Below, piece after piece: positions 36,987-50,683 of a DNA stretch of 64,000 bases. The notes beneath the pieces are model-generated. The model was given only the letters and a program-made list of their open reading frames with translations, was not told the DNA's origin and made no database searches. The position numbers were made by a program, and so were the translations under genes. Source of the DNA: Opisthocomus hoazin (taxonomy: Eukaryota); NCBI RefSeq assembly GCF_030867145.1, contig NC_134414.1:22742810-22806809 (forward strand). Direction: 5' to 3'. Each line of letters begins with the position of its first letter. Within the stretch, counting starts at the first letter, position 1.

Positions 36987-38100
36987 GTAAGATTGCATGG
37001 AAGAAAATATGTTTATGTCTATGAATCTGATAGCTCTGGTATATCAGAACATACCAGATATGTGTTCTAGTATAGAAGTTCTGTATCAGAACACAGTTCT
37101 GGAAGATTCCTATTGGGGAGGATTGCTGTTGGGAGGTGATGAGGCCTTTGGTGTGGGGGGAGAGGGGTGTGTGCCCATGCACCTGTTTCTCTGCGGCAGT
37201 GGGGAGAGGTCCTGCACCTTTGTGGCAGAGGAAACCCACATCCCCAGGAGCTGGCATCCTGTACTTAAACCCATCAGTCGGCTCTCCTGTCCTTCCACAC
37301 TCCCAAGAAATCAAAAAACCCCAAGTGCTTGGATGGGCAGGTTACTTACCTTTCTTCTCTAGGCAGTATTGGGTAAAGCACCAAGTGATTATAGTGCTGA
37401 GATTGTGATACATGTTACTAATAATAATGAATAATGATTCTCAGAAGTTAGCCTGGTTCTCAAATATTACTGGATTTTTTTCCTTCAGTGTGAGCTCAGT
37501 ACCCAGTTTCCTTGGGCTCTTCATTTGTACTGTGATAGATTCTGTATCTCTTAGTATTTTCTATTTGTACTATTTGAAAGCTGAACACTTTCATATGACA
37601 GATGGCAGTGTCAGTCTTCAGTACCATAATATTATATTGTGCTTTAGAGAAATGTTTCCGTATAAGAACTCTACAAATACATTTAACTATTAGACATATC
37701 ATAAAACTTTGAAATTTAAAGTACAGTAACCCTACTTGCCCAAGACTCTATTATTCTTGCAGTTGTTGCTGTAAACTGTACCTATAGCCGAAAAGAGTCT
37801 TCTGGACACCTGTATTTATAGACATTTCTTCTCTGAGATTAGAATCCAGAATTACTAATGGCTTCACAACTGGAAATTCAGTTTACTTTTTGTTTTAAGT
37901 AGTAACTTGTTTGCATATACTAGATGTTGAACATACATATTATATCAGCATTGGAAAATAACTTTTTTGAGCAGCACGTGTATTTTCTGTTTATACACGT
38001 CTTCATATGAATCTGCTGGGTTTTAGTGATTGAAATAATTTTTGCTAATAGGTTATAATCTGGTTTGATTTTTTTTTTTCAATTCATTTCCCCCTCCCAG

Positions 38101-38264
38101 AAATTGAATTAAACAAATTGATGACTGAAATACAAAGTAACTTCAAATGCCTTGATCTTCTGGAACCCTACTGCTGGAAAAAGGGAGAAGCGTGTGTTGT
38201 AAGAGGAGCAGATACCATGTGGTATCGAGGTAAAGTTGTAGAACTCGGTGGTAGTGCTCTCCAG
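38101..38264 (+). CDS. RNF17: RNF17 exon, Tudor 4 core ([55 protein letters not shown])
   Basis: [22 protein letters not shown] is a canonical Tudor core. Acceptor cccctcccag|a and donor cag|gtaagt. Confidence 0.85.
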
Positions 38265-39069
38265 GTAAGTTTGATTATATGTTGTGTGTGTGTGAACATA
38301 GGCACGTGTATGTTCAAAAGCCAAATAATGTAATCCTCTAAAATAAATACATGATCACACCTTTTTTTGTTCTGCTGACCTGACTGTCCAGATGCTGCTT
38401 CTGCTTAAAGTGTGGTAACTGTCCTGATTTTTACATTTATGTTAAAGATTAATTGTATCTGCCTGTTTCAGTTGTCACAACTTTTCCCATAGTTTTTCTG
38501 GTGATGATAAATGTTCTTAAGTAAAAAGCTACTCTTGATCACCTGTAAGTAGTCCCCTTTAGGTTTTTTTTCTTCTTTTGTTGTTGTTACCATATGTGGA
38601 ATGCTTTGAAAGTATTTAGGTTTAGCTTCCCCTCGTGCTGTCCCCACCCAAAAAGTAGTCGCTGTCTGTTTGTTTTGAATTCTTTCTGCTGCACAGGTAT
38701 AGAGCTAGTTTTTCTAACTGGCAATTAATCTTACAGATTCTTGAGTCCACTCGTGCTTTTATAATGTACACTTGCAAGTCTGACACTATCCGTGTTCACA
38801 GTGTTTTCATTTCTTTCAGTTTTAAACTGATGTAGGTTATTCCACAATAAGTAGGATCTCTTGCAAGACGAGTTTAAAAACTGAACTTCTAATGTGACAT
38901 ACCAGTTTTCTAATTCTTGCCTTCATTTCCAGGTTGTCACATCACCTACTTACCAGTAAACCATTGTTTTATCCTCCAGAAAAGTGAATGCTGTAAATGA
39001 ATGCTTTCTCTTACTAAACTTGACTTAGAAAACAGGAATTATTTCAGGAAAGCTTTTCTTTTCATACAG

Positions 39070-39189
39070 GTACAGTACATAGACCATGGCTGCATAGAGG
39101 GGATTCCTCGGTGTGATCTGTATCCAACTACATTGTATACTGGTATTCCTCCACTTTGCATACCATGTCAGCTCTACAAGACAATACCA
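39070..39189 (+). CDS. RNF17: RNF17 exon, Tudor 4 end ([40 protein letters not shown])
   Basis: VQYIDHG..E.I....LYP is the Tudor beta3-beta4. Acceptor ttttcatacag|g and donor cca|gtgagt. Confidence 0.85.
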
Positions 39190-40232
39190 GTGAGTAATCG
39201 TAAATTTGAAGATGGTTTAGTAGGTAGTTACTCAAATTGATACACTGTTTAGTCATACAAATGTTGAAACTAATTGCTGGTATTTTTTCTTCACTATGAG
39301 GATTCTGAGAATAGCTGATGAAGGTCATTTCTTCAGCAAGGCAGCCTTTTGTCAGGAAATTCCAGGTTGCTTTATGAAATGACCATGCTTCAAAAGCAGC
39401 TGTCATTGGAATTAAGTCTTTGTGAGACAGGACACTGCAGTAGTTGGCAGGATGATACTCTGGAGTGGTAGTTCATTTTGAATAGCAGCAGCAAGAAATA
39501 AGGCCTGGATTTCTTAATGCAAAATGGCCAGAAAATTGCAAATCTTCAGGTCCTGCAAAAGTGTTTCTATCATTCTGAACTTAGCTGTGTGGGAAACAAT
39601 CTGTTACGCTAAACTAACACAAGTGAATTATTCTAGGGGGTTTTGTTAGTAAGTAATTGATATGTAAATGTCTTCATATATCACATCTTACTCAGATTTG
39701 AATAGTGCATTTAGTAAATGTGAATTACTGAAATGACTAGCTTACTTCTAAATTTATTTTTAAAGAAAACCTTTTTATTGCTGGAAGCAGTTCAACTGAT
39801 AGATTAAGACAGGCAGGCTTATAAGCCTGCGGGTTGGGAGGCAAACAGATATTGCAGGGAATAAAAGAAGTATTTAAAGTATCCTGTGTTCTCTGTTGTC
39901 TGTTATATTCTCTTTGAGTGCAATTCTGTATCTTTGGGTTATGCTTTGAATAATTGTGCACACATACATTGTTAGGTATTTAGTAAAGGTTAGACTTGGC
40001 AAGTAGCATCTCTAAGCCACATCAAGATCTGAAAATTGCTGATTGGCTTTGTCACACAGTAAATTCTAGTGTATGAAATAGCAGATCATGTTTAAACTGT
40101 TGTAGACAAATCAAACTAATGATACGTGTTTTCAAATACGTTTTTCAATAATAGGCACGTATTACTATGTTACGAAGAGTAAGAGCATTACTTGTCAGCA
40201 TTTTCATGTGTGTAGGTTTCTTTTCACGAAAT

Positions 40233-40313
40233 AGGTTGGAAATGTTTGGCAGCAGGATGCAGTAGATTGCCTTCAAGAACTACTGACAAATGAAGAGGTT
40301 GAAATACATGTTC
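40233..40313 (+). CDS. RNF17: RNF17 exon (VGNVWQQDAVDCLQELLTNEEVEIHVQ)
   Basis: W...A...L..L pattern after a Tudor domain. Acceptor cacgaaatag|g and donor cag|gtagct. 27 codons. Confidence 0.7.
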
Positions 40314-40998
40314 AGGTAGCTTAATTTATTCATAGATGTGGAGTGAGGCTTGCTTTTTGTTCTCTTTTTTTTTTTCCCCTTTAACTCGCATGAAGAATAA
40401 TAGTTGAAGGGGTATAGCAGTAAATTTATTTCTTAAACAAAACAAAATCCAAAGCTAAAGTTATTTCTCCTATGGCTTTACCTTTATCATAGTTTCAGGC
40501 CTTAAATTTGTCCTTTAGAGGTATTAATATTTTTGGTCCTGTTGTATTCTGTGGTGTCATTCTGACAAGCAGTTTACTTACCAACAGCATAAATTCTTCT
40601 AAAATCAATTTTAAGCGATTACAGTTTGGCATAATTAAGTATGGACAGGCTTAAATTAATATATTAATGTTATAGGGAAACAATCTGTCTTTCTGAAAAC
40701 CTGCAATTTCAGATGGTTTAATTTCTAATGATAAATTGTGAAAGAGAAGGGTTTGCTGTTAAGTGAGCAAACATGGGATAATGTTTCAGTGTCACACGGA
40801 GTAGTCAGTGCTGCCATTCCAAAGAGATACATTTCTATTTGTGTCATAACTGATGTTCCTAGCCATTGGTACTGGGTTTGCATCTTTGAGTGAGTATAGT
40901 GCATATAGGAAATGACAGGTGTGAATTTCCTGGTCGCTATTTCTAAAACCTCAGTCATGCTATTACTGTGACAATCTCATTTTGTCTTGTGTAAGTAG

Positions 40999-41124
40999 GA
41001 ATTACCAGATAACCCATGGGGCAAATTGTCCATCAACTTGTATTTTGGTGGAATGTCGCTTTCTTCCTTCATGGCATACCAGAAGTACTGTGTTGCTGAA
41101 GATTGTGAGGATATACGAGAGCTG
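40999..41124 (+). CDS. RNF17: RNF17 exon ([42 protein letters not shown])
   Basis: Acceptor tgtgtaagtag|g and donor ctg|gtgaga. 42 codons. Confidence 0.6.
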
Positions 41125-42977
41125 GTGAGATTTTTGTGTGTGTGTCTCTTGCTGTTATTATTCTGACATGGAAACGATTACTCAGTTGCTTGTGGTGACC
41201 TTTGGTGATTTGTTACTTCTTTTTATATACATTTTTCTTTTTATATTTCTGTACAGTTTTGTGATGTAAACAGCAGTAAGAATAAGTACACAGCTGTTGT
41301 GGTTTTGCCCCACACAACAGCTCTGTAGTGTGAAAAGTGTAGATACGTGTTGGTAAGATTGTATGGAATAGTAGATTGCCTAGAATTTGTTCTTGGACTC
41401 CTTAATGAAAAGAGATTTTTGCATTTCTGTATAAAGTCAAATTAGTTTTTGTGTTCCTCTAAAACTTTAAAAGGATGGGAATAGAGTAGTATTTTTATCA
41501 CTTGACGGGATTAGTTAATCGTAGAAGCGTATCCAAGGATGGAAATATTCAAAAGTAATTTTAATAAAGTGTTTCAGCATAAACCTAATGATATCCAAGG
41601 GAGTTAGCAAGGTTCTTCATTCCAGGTGTCTGGGATATTCATCTGGTGTTGAAATTTTCACCAAAATTCATTGTCTTAACACAAAAAAATGAGATAAATA
41701 ATTTCTCTGTATTTAATTTTTTTTCTTGAAATCTGAGGATCAGGTTTATTTAAATTACTAAGGCTTGGTTGTTGTGTTTTTCTCATAATTCTGTTTAAGC
41801 CTGCCAATGTATTTTTCTTTCCAACAAGAGTGGTGATCTTAGAGCAGTGAATCCCATTCTAGGTGTATGTGTACATATATGTGTGTTTATACACACTCAC
41901 TTGCATGCTAACCTGTGTATGTAAGACCATTATACTGTGGTAGTTTTTGATTTGGCTTTTTGGAAGATGGGGTTGGTTTGTTTGTTTTTGTTTGTTTCGC
42001 TGCTGAGTAGCCAGATGTTGCCTTGTGCTCATATATTTAGGCATGGAGAGACTATGACCTTGCTTCATTTGACAGACAAGTTTTTAATCTCTTCATTCTG
42101 AGCTCAGGCTTAACTAACAAATTTTTAGAATTACTTTTTCTACAGCAGTTGACTACAGACCATTTCTTTTTGTTGTGGGCATAATGAAAACTCTTCATAA
42201 AGTAAATGTGTAAAAATACAATGTATTTTAGAGCAATTGTACCTTTTGTTATGTGTCATAATAAAGTACAAGAGAGAATAGGAGATGTATTTGTGACCTA
42301 TGATGCAGCTGAGCTGTATGCTGTACATCTTTAAGATGGCATAATTTAATGCACCAAGCTTTCTTTTGTTGTGAACCAAATGAGTTGATGGCTGTAGAAC
42401 TGAAATTGTAAAATACATGTTTCTAGAACATGGCACACTGGAGCATGCTATGCTACTGAGAAAATACGTATTTGTACATTGCAAACTCTGTTAGCTTTTT
42501 GAAGGAGTGATAATTCTGGTGGCTAAGGAGTTAAATTATCCTTTGCCTTTCTCTTAAGGCATAACTTGCTTTGGCAAACTGTAGTAACATTGGGCATGAC
42601 ATTCAGGTTAATCTGTGCAAATTAATTGCTATTATTTCAGTTTTTCTTTCTAAATATTTTCTCTTTTTGAAGGGAATTCCGTATTTAATGCATTTTTGAA
42701 TTAATGGCAATCAAGTTAGCAAATCAGTATGTTAGGACCGTTTCAAATATATTTATATTTTAAAAGTGTTAATTAACTAGTTCTGTTGTGTTACCTTTTA
42801 GCTGAAACTTTCTGAAAAATCTAATAATGGTTGAAAGGAAATGTTGATTAATTTTTTTTTCATCAAGGACACACTGTTTACATTATTAGATAACTCCTTT
42901 GAACCAGAAATCATAGCAGAGCTAGTTTGCATTTTGTTACTAAATATGGTGCTTGAGTAAAGTCTGTTTTGGTCTAG

Positions 42978-43088
42978 GAGCTACTTGAAGGAGACTTTCC
43001 TGCTTTGTCGTCATACTTGTTGCCACCACTACCTGTTCCAGGAGATACCTTTCCTGTCAGAGTTACCCATTTGGTGTCCCCTAAGGAG
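42978..43088 (+). CDS. RNF17: RNF17 exon, start of eTudor 5 (ELLEGDFPALSSYLLPPLPVPGDTFPVRVTHLVSPKE)
   Basis: FPVRVTHLVSPKE. Acceptor ttttggtctag|g and donor gag|gtatgt. Confidence 0.7.
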
Positions 43089-44824
43089 GTATGTTTTGTA
43101 AACATCTCATATATGTTGCAGACAGGAAATGTTGTGGTCTCATCATGCTGATAAAAAGGAAATTGTGGCTAATGATTTTAGATAGTACAAAAAATTAATA
43201 GTAAGGTTGAAAAATGCTACTGAGTTACTGAAACAGGTAGTTGTGCAGTGCAACTATCTGAATTAACTTTAATGTGAAATACCCTCTTGGGTGGGGGCAG
43301 AGAAATAAATACTGACCATTTTCCTTCAAGAATTACAATACTGCAGTCTGGTACTTACCTTGTATGATAATAAAATAGGCCATTGGATTTTAACTTGGCA
43401 GAACAGTAATGATTTCTCTCTTCTTTATGCTCCAAAAATTAAATTACTGAAATGTTATACATTAACGTGAAGATTTTGTGGCTGTTACAGTTGTATTTTA
43501 CTGTCTTTGGTCCATGATTGATAATTTATTTTTGTGTAAACCCACACAGCTTCACTCTAGTAGTGTCCCAGGCAAAAAGCAGAATATGATGTTCATTGAT
43601 AAAATAAAAGATTCATATGTGGACTTTGAATGTTGAATGATGAAAAAAGGGAACAGGAAGCAGTGAGAAGCTGATCATGTTACAAAATCTAACATCATCT
43701 AACTGGATTCATTTACACTGAAGTGCTTGTGTTCATTGTTTTGCTAAATCTGTAAACCAAATACTAGAGTTTATAGTACTGAAGTGATTGCTTTAAATTC
43801 AGCTTCATGGTCGAATATAAATTCACCCCGCTAATTCACTTGAGTATACACATCTTCAAAAAAAGGTTGTATAGTGTACATATACAACTGTTTTAACTAA
43901 ATACAAGATGGAAGTGTTCTGGTATCTTAGAAGAGGGGTTCTCTTAGATAGTGTATTCTGTTTCCGCTTACAGGAGAAACATTATAATGAATACTTTTTG
44001 CTTCATTTTGTGCAAATTATTTGAACTCTTGCTTTTGAACGTGGTATATAATCGTTGACACCAGAGCCTGCTCTGGACTCCTGTAGATTTAAGAAACATT
44101 TGCATGATGGGGTTGTGGCTTGATTATATTGTGTAAAAATTGGAAAATGAAAATTAATTTTCGTCCTGACTAGTGAAATATATTGCTGAGTTTAGAAAAA
44201 ATAATAACCCACTGGTTAATTTGTTTGGACTGTCAGTAACGTAGCGTAATGTTCTGAAATGGCTCTGTATGTTTTTTAAATAAAGGCATTTCAGTTAGAA
44301 GCTGTTACGTACATTTTAATTCGCCTGTGCCTGTTGTTTAAACTTTTGTTTCCTTGACCTACAGCATTATACTGATAATCCAGTTGTAAATTGTGTGAAT
44401 GGAATGTCTTTGCATAGCAAACAAAACATCATTTCAAAAGTTCTTTCAGTAACTTCAAAATTAATCTTTGGTTTGATATTATGAAATGAGATTATTTACC
44501 ATGTAGCAGGAAGAAGGAATCTTAAGAATACAGCTGTGAAATCTTATATGGGTGTATTTGCTACTGTATGTGTTCTGTTCATTCTGTATTTTAACATTGA
44601 AATACAATGTGAATAAATGATGACTCTCTTCTGCCTTTGGAGAAAATTTTGCGTCGATATGAAATTATTCATAAATTGAGGAAAGAAGAAAAGGGAGCAA
44701 GGACATGCTGAACCTTTCAAAGACGGGAGCAAGTAATCTTCTAATAATCCTTGATCACTGATGGAATTTGGAGGTTCTAAGTCATCTGCAAAAGTTGTAA
44801 TGTGAGAGCCTTTTCTTTGGCTAG

Positions 44825-44981
44825 GTATATATTTGTGTTGATCCTTCCAAGAACCTTATGAAGCAGTCTAGCACAGAGGGAGATGCCAACTGTGACTCAA
44901 AGTTGGAGAGCCTTGATGAAGCCCTGAAATGGTGCAATGAAAGTGTGGAGTCTCTTCCTCTTCTAACACACTTCCAAAAAG
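44825..44981 (+). CDS. RNF17: RNF17 exon (VYICVDPSKNLMKQSSTEGDANCDSKLESLDEALKWCNESVESLPLLTHFQK)
   Basis: Acceptor cttttctttggctag|g and donor aaag|gtatat. Confidence 0.7.
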
Positions 44982-45157
44982 GTATATTAGGGTGTTTATT
45001 TTCCCTGTTGTTTAATGTGGATGTACAAAGCCTGAAATTATTTCTGAAGAATAGGAATAATTATATTTCTCTGTATCTTTAAATAAAACTTGGAGAGTAA
45101 GGAGTAACACTACATTATAATCATATACACTATAATCAGAAGTGTAAAAAAAAAAAG

Positions 45158-45520
45158 GAGGCTCAGGGGAGACCTCATTGCTCTCTACAACTACCTGAAA
45201 GGAGGTTGTAGCAAGGTGAGGGTCAGTCTGTTCTCCCAAGTAAGAAGTGACAGGATGAGAGGAAACGGCCGCAAGTTGTGCCAGGGGAGGTTTAGATTGG
45301 ATATTAGGAAAGATTTCCTCACTGAAAGAGTTGTCAGGCATTGGAACAGGCTGCCCAGGGAGGTTGGTTGAGTGACCATCCCTGGAGGTATTTAAAAGGC
45401 CTGTAGAGGTGGTGCTTAGCAACATGGCTTAGTGGTGGAATTGGCAGTGTTAGGTTTACGGTTGGACTTGGTGGTCTTAAAGGTCTTTTCCAACCTAAAT
45501 GATTCTTCTATTCTATAATC
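45158..45520 (+). mobile_element. CR1 LINE 3' fragment of another subfamily, inserted just after an A-rich tract at 45137-45152
   Basis: [69 protein letters not shown]. Terminus cttaaaggtcttttccaacctaaatgattcttctattctat. Confidence 0.85.
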
Positions 45521-46327
45521 ATGTTTTTACTTTTCATGAAATTGAGACGTCTGTGTTGTTCTGCTACACTGGAAAATGACAGAAAGAACTCAGACTTCTG
45601 ACACCTGTTAAGGTGATGAACTGAGTTCAGTTGCATATGGCAAAAATAAAACTTTTCCCTTAAGGTGACTGTCACTGAAGCTGTAAGTGTGAAAATCTTG
45701 CTATTAAATATTCAAAAGGCACAAGTTATGCGCAGAAAGTCATGTTAGCAAGAGTTAGAAATTATGTGCCCTAAAGAGCATCACTTTAATTCTGGATTTC
45801 TCAGTTTGAGCAAAAGATGGGCTTTATTTCTCTTGTCCACTGCTGTTGGGCCTAAAATAACATAAAGTATGTGGGTCTAGAACTTTGTGAAGAAACCAGT
45901 TATTGCAAGTACTTGGTTCTGTCAACTAGTAGAATTCTGATTGAGATTTTAGGCAGTGTCTGCCTTGTGTCCTCCAGACTATTGTCTGTTCTCTTACAGA
46001 TTAATCTGTTTACTAACTGAAATGTGCACATGAGTCAAAGTTGAAAAGTTTAAACGTTAAACAGTTTGGATCACTATCTTTACCAAGCAATTTTCTGTTA
46101 ATTCTCATCATTGCTATGTGAGGTAGAGAAACTTGACTTTGCATACTGATGATTGTGAATTGGAGTTCAGAGAGGATGCATAGAACAACAGAGTAGCATG
46201 AATTAGAGAGGGAAGAAAAAATCTTAATCTTGGTCACGAAGTAAAAAGTATTTTCAAGTTCAGTTAGTTTGTACTGCACTGTGAATGTATTTTGGGGTGG
46301 TGGTGTTTTTTTTTTTTCTTTTTACAG

Positions 46328-46463
46328 AAATGCCTTGCCTTGTAGAATACCAGGATGGTTTATGGTATAGAGCAAAGCTCCTCTCTGTTGAAGAATTTCA
46401 CCCCGTTAAGATCCTGGTTCAGTTCGTTGACTATGGTAGTTTTTTAGTTGTCCCAACAAGCAG
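46328..46463 (+). CDS. RNF17: RNF17 exon, Tudor 5 core ([45 protein letters not shown])
   Basis: [13 protein letters not shown]...V.FVDYG is a canonical Tudor. Acceptor ttctttttacag|a and donor cag|gtaaat. Confidence 0.85.
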
Positions 46464-47799
46464 GTAAATACAGATGAAAAAAACGCATGTAAAATGTGTG
46501 TATGTATGTATACACTTGTGTTACAAAATACGTACTTATAAAAAGTGTATGTATTTTTACATTTGTTACTATTTTTATAGATTACATATTTAGAATAATT
46601 TAGCATTAGATTTCAATTGGAGAGAAAGTTGGTTGGCTGGCTAAATAATTTTTGTCTGCGTGGTATGGGGTTGTGCACCTCCTTCTCTTTCTCAGCTTGG
46701 TCTGAGAAGCCCATTATTATACTACCACATTTCTCTGTTATCTTCAGGTTACTTAACCTGTGAAGTAGGCTCAAGTTTATAATCTGCATTTGCACCCAAG
46801 AAGCTTACACAAAACAGAGACTGCACCCTCCAGGTGTACAAACAAATCCTCTTATCCTGTGTGACTGAAATCTCCATAAAAGACAGCTGGGGAATAAGAT
46901 ACGGGAGTATCCGAGTGCGACATACCCCATGCTGCTTGTGTGGAAATTGGAAGTTCAGATCACTGTTCAGATCCCTGTTCTGCCTGGTGCTGAGCCGCTC
47001 TAGCAACTGCTCCTGTGCTGACACAGAGATCGCAGCTAACTGTCTCAAACACCCTAGGCTTTTAGGGTCCCCTAAGCTTGTCTGAATTTTCTCTCTTGAA
47101 GCACTTTCACTTCATATATATTGCTTAATCACGCTGACATGCTCTTGAGCTCATTGAGGAATCTACAGGTCCTTGCTGAAGATGAGTTGCAAAGGGGATT
47201 TGAACAGATTTCCTGCTTCATGGACTACTAGGGTCACGGGGGAGAGAGTGTGCATTTTATTTCAGGATTGCACTTCCTGCTCTGCTTCCCCACTCCCTTG
47301 CTTCTGGGATAGAAAGACAGAAGACTGGGGAGATGATAATATAAAACTAAGGTACCTCTTTCCAGTCGTGTGTCTAGAGCACATCCAGGCATGAAGCACT
47401 TTGGACCACAAAGGTCTGTGTTATTTTTCCAGACACACCAGATTTGGAGCCTGCATTGCGATGACTTGCCCTTGTGTTCCTGTGCTCAAAACTGCATTGG
47501 GCACTTGAGATTCCTCCCAGGCATTGTAACGGGGAGCCGGTGTGCGTGGTGGGCTAAGGGGTCTGTATGATACTGGCCTGCTTCTTGATAGTTGCTGTGC
47601 TGAAGTCTTCAGAAGGCCTAGCCCTTCCTGCTGAATTGTTTGGTCTGACACTGTATATTATTGCAGAACAGGGACTCTGATTCCAGTTTCCACACCGTAA
47701 ATCTGCTGCATGAACCATTAAGCTATCCTTATGTCCATACTGACAGTTTAGTTTGACAGGTGGATTGTTGCAGGCAAACATTTCTCGTTTTTGTTCTAG

Positions 47800-47989
47800 A
47801 TTGCGTCACATACCTTATCATCTGCTGAAGTATCCTGTTCAGGCAGTGCGAGCTGTGTTGGCTGGATTTAAACCTGCTCTATATGACAAAAACATGACAA
47901 GAATTCCTTGTTCCCCAGAATGGAGTGTGGAAGCATTGTGGGCTATGACTGAGTGCGTTGAAGGAAAACAGCTCCATGCCTCCGTACTT
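47800..47989 (+). CDS. RNF17: RNF17 exon (RLRHIPYHLLKYPVQAVRAVLAGFKPALYDKNMTRIPCSPEWSVEALWAMTECVEGKQLHASVL)
   Basis: P.QAVRAVLAGFKP then W..EA is the post-Tudor segment. Acceptor tttgttctag|a and donor ctt|gtgaga. Confidence 0.75.
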
Positions 47990-48347
47990 GTGAGAAACAC
48001 TTTCTTTTTTTTCTCCTAGTTCTTGCTCAGCTTAAAATTCTTAGTAGCACTCAGTCTGCTTTCTATTTGTTTTACTGTGAACCCTCATAATTTAAAATTA
48101 TGAATCATTTGCCATGAAAGAATGCTGATGAAGAGAGAAAATCACACAGTGCTCTTAATGCTGCAAACAAAAAGTTTGTGAGCAATCCTGTTATTTTAAA
48201 ACCAGTTTCACTCACTTTATAACAAATATTTTTTGTATATTCATAGTTTTTAGGCAGTGAGTATAGCCAGGAAAATAACTTTCACTATTGGTTAGCTTGA
48301 GATTTAAATCTGTTATTGTCAAAACTCTGTTAACTTCTGGTTTTCAG

Positions 48348-48446
48348 GCTCTTTCACCAGAAGTCATTATTTATTTATATGAAGATGACAAAAGTCTGGT
48401 TCATATGAAACTGATAGAAATGGGACTTGCAGATTTGGATGAGTGA
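48348..48446 (+). CDS. RNF17: RNF17 terminal coding exon (ALSPEVIIYLYEDDKSLVHMKLIEMGLADLDE*)
   Basis: Acceptor cttctggttttcag|g. In-frame TGA at 48444-48446. AATAAA at 48594-48599. Confidence 0.7.
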   Translation, partial: ALSPEVIIYLYEDDKSLVHMKLIEMGLADLDE

Positions 48447-48593
48447 CATGTAAGTACAGTGAACATGAACTACAAATTCATACTGTTGCAAAACTTTCAG
48501 AAGTCTTAAGCAAAGTCTAAACTGTCAGTAATGTTGACAACTAGAATTTACTTGTTTTAAAAAAAATCCCTTCTGTCCACACTTCCACTATTT

Positions 48594-48599
48594 AATAAA
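48594..48599 (+). terminator. Candidate polyadenylation signal AATAAA for RNF17
   Basis: First AATAAA on the + strand, about 150 nt after the stop codon. Confidence 0.3.
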
Positions 48600-49939
48600 A
48601 TGTTCTTAAAAAAATTTAATTTCTTTACATACACATTACTGAAACCCACAATATAGCTTTAAAGATTAACGGGTACTGAAACAAAGAGCCCTAAAGCAAT
48701 ATAACAGAGTTTTTGCTGCTAGTAACTGAAGAAGGTAACTTCATGTGTGGCAGTGCACTCTGCCCAGACAATCAAAATTAATTGTTTTTCTTCATTTTCA
48801 GCATTTGATCTCAGTGTCCCGTGCCAGTTGTTCTCAGACAGATCCATGATAACATATGGATGTCCATACATCTAGTCAAACATGGAGTATTTAAATTAAA
48901 AGTTTGCAGTATGCGTTGTCTACAGAGAATACTGGAGACTTGGATTTTCAAATTTCTTGCCCAACTCTGCTAAGTAGTCGTTTTCCCTCCCATTTAATAG
49001 GTGTTTCTCTAAGTGATGTTTATAGATAGACAGTGTTCCCAACACTTTCGAATGTTGAAGCAGTGGAACTATATATTCATATCTCAATCTCTTGACCTTA
49101 GAGCCTTAAGCATTGTTCTGTGATAGCCTTTTCATAAGAATAGATGGAATGAATGTGTAGCAGAAAATAGGTAAAAAGCTGATGATGGGAAGACTTGTTC
49201 TAGTGTCTTGTCAGAAGAGTTGGAGGGAAGATGATAGTTTTATTACTGTGATGTAACTCTTGTTTATGTTTCAGACATATTTGGTGACAGACTTCTTGAG
49301 TACCAGAGTCTGGAATCAGGAGTGAACAGTTGGGGGTGGGGGAGTGTTACTATCTGTTCTGGAACATGTTTGTGTTGCTGCTGTGGTTTCTGTTTTCACT
49401 CATGATGAGATGATGTGTTTTGGGTGTCCTTGCACCTCCTTCCTACTCCTGGAGCTGCACTGTTCATGTGAAAGTCTTGGAATAAACAGGAGCTTGCTCA
49501 GCATTCATCTGAAATCTTGATTTCCTTTACTGCTATAGCATGTAAGGTTTCTTTGGATGTCTTTGCTGTATTAGTGTAGTACATCCTTTACAGTTAAAGC
49601 TCAGCCCCTTAGTTTCCCCATAGAGAATTTTTTCTGGATTAGCAAGGAAAAAACACGCATGACAAAGAATCCACAACCTCTCTGGGCAACCAGTTTACCC
49701 TCACAGTAAAAAAGTGTTTCTTGATGTTTAGAGGGAAGCTCCTGTGTTTCAGTTTGTGCCCATGTTTGTGCACATACACACATACCCTTATTTTCCCCAA
49801 GATCACACAAAAGCATGACCTCAGTCCTATTACTCAGCTGTGCTGCAAGGGTAGCTTGCCTGTCTATACTAGCTGTGGAAGGATCCTTTCACAGTTTTAG
49901 TACATATTCTGGTATTAATCAGACATGGTATATGCTGTT

Positions 49940-50010
49940 GCAAATCATAGAATCATAGGTTAGAAAAGACCTCTAAGATCATCAAGCCCAACTATCAACC
50001 CAACACCACA
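49940..50010 (-). mobile_element. Short antisense CR1-family terminus fragment in the RNF17-CENPJ intergenic region
   Basis: catagaatcataggttagaaaagacctctaagatcatcaagcccaac. Confidence 0.5.
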
Positions 50011-50683
50011 CAGTGAGTACCTTCTGCTGTGCAAGAGAATGAAATTTTTCAGCACCTACTACAATGAAGAGTAGATTGTTGCTTGCAGATACTGCAGAAT
50101 TGTAGAAGAGAAATCAGCTTAAAAATGCCTGTTAGGTGGAAGAATTGGATGAGATGACCTTAGTTCATTTCTGGTGTTTCCCTCCACGTCTCTGTGTCGT
50201 TTGGAGAATTAACTTGTCCCTAGCCTTATGAATATAGAAGAGCAGTTTACAGAACCAGACTTTGAGGTCTGCTAATGCTGTTGCCTCCTAACTGTGAGAC
50301 GAATTGAAAATAAGATCATGAGGGAAGAATAGCCTAAGGCTAACTGGAAAGTAATACTGCCATTTCTTTATTCTTAAGTCAAGCGGTAAGTGAACTGATA
50401 ACCAGACTCTTTGAATCTATCTACCTGCTGTATTTCACCACAGGGGGAGTTCCAACAGCTCAACTCTTCACTTTGGATTAAAGAGTCTTTCTTCTTAGAT
50501 GTCTAAAATAATGTAATCTGCAGCTGTTTGATGAATTTTTACTGACAGCTGAGGATTTAAAAATAAAACACCACCCTTTAAACTACACATGACAGAATAC
50601 TGAATAAACTGCTACACAGAAGTAGAAATGGGAAAAAAAAATCAGAAAAAGCTCTGATGTATTAACACCAACTGAAAAATAAA

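Larger units (their letters stand above)
304..48599 (+). other. RNF17: Gene span: RNF17/TDRD4-like multi-Tudor gene. The 5' part, with the expected RING/B-box region, lies upstream of the window. Stop codon 48444-48446; polyA signal near 48594.
   Basis: Five extended Tudor domains on the + strand in phase-consistent GT-AG exons. Convergent with CENPJ downstream, which is the conserved RNF17-CENPJ synteny. Confidence 0.75.
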
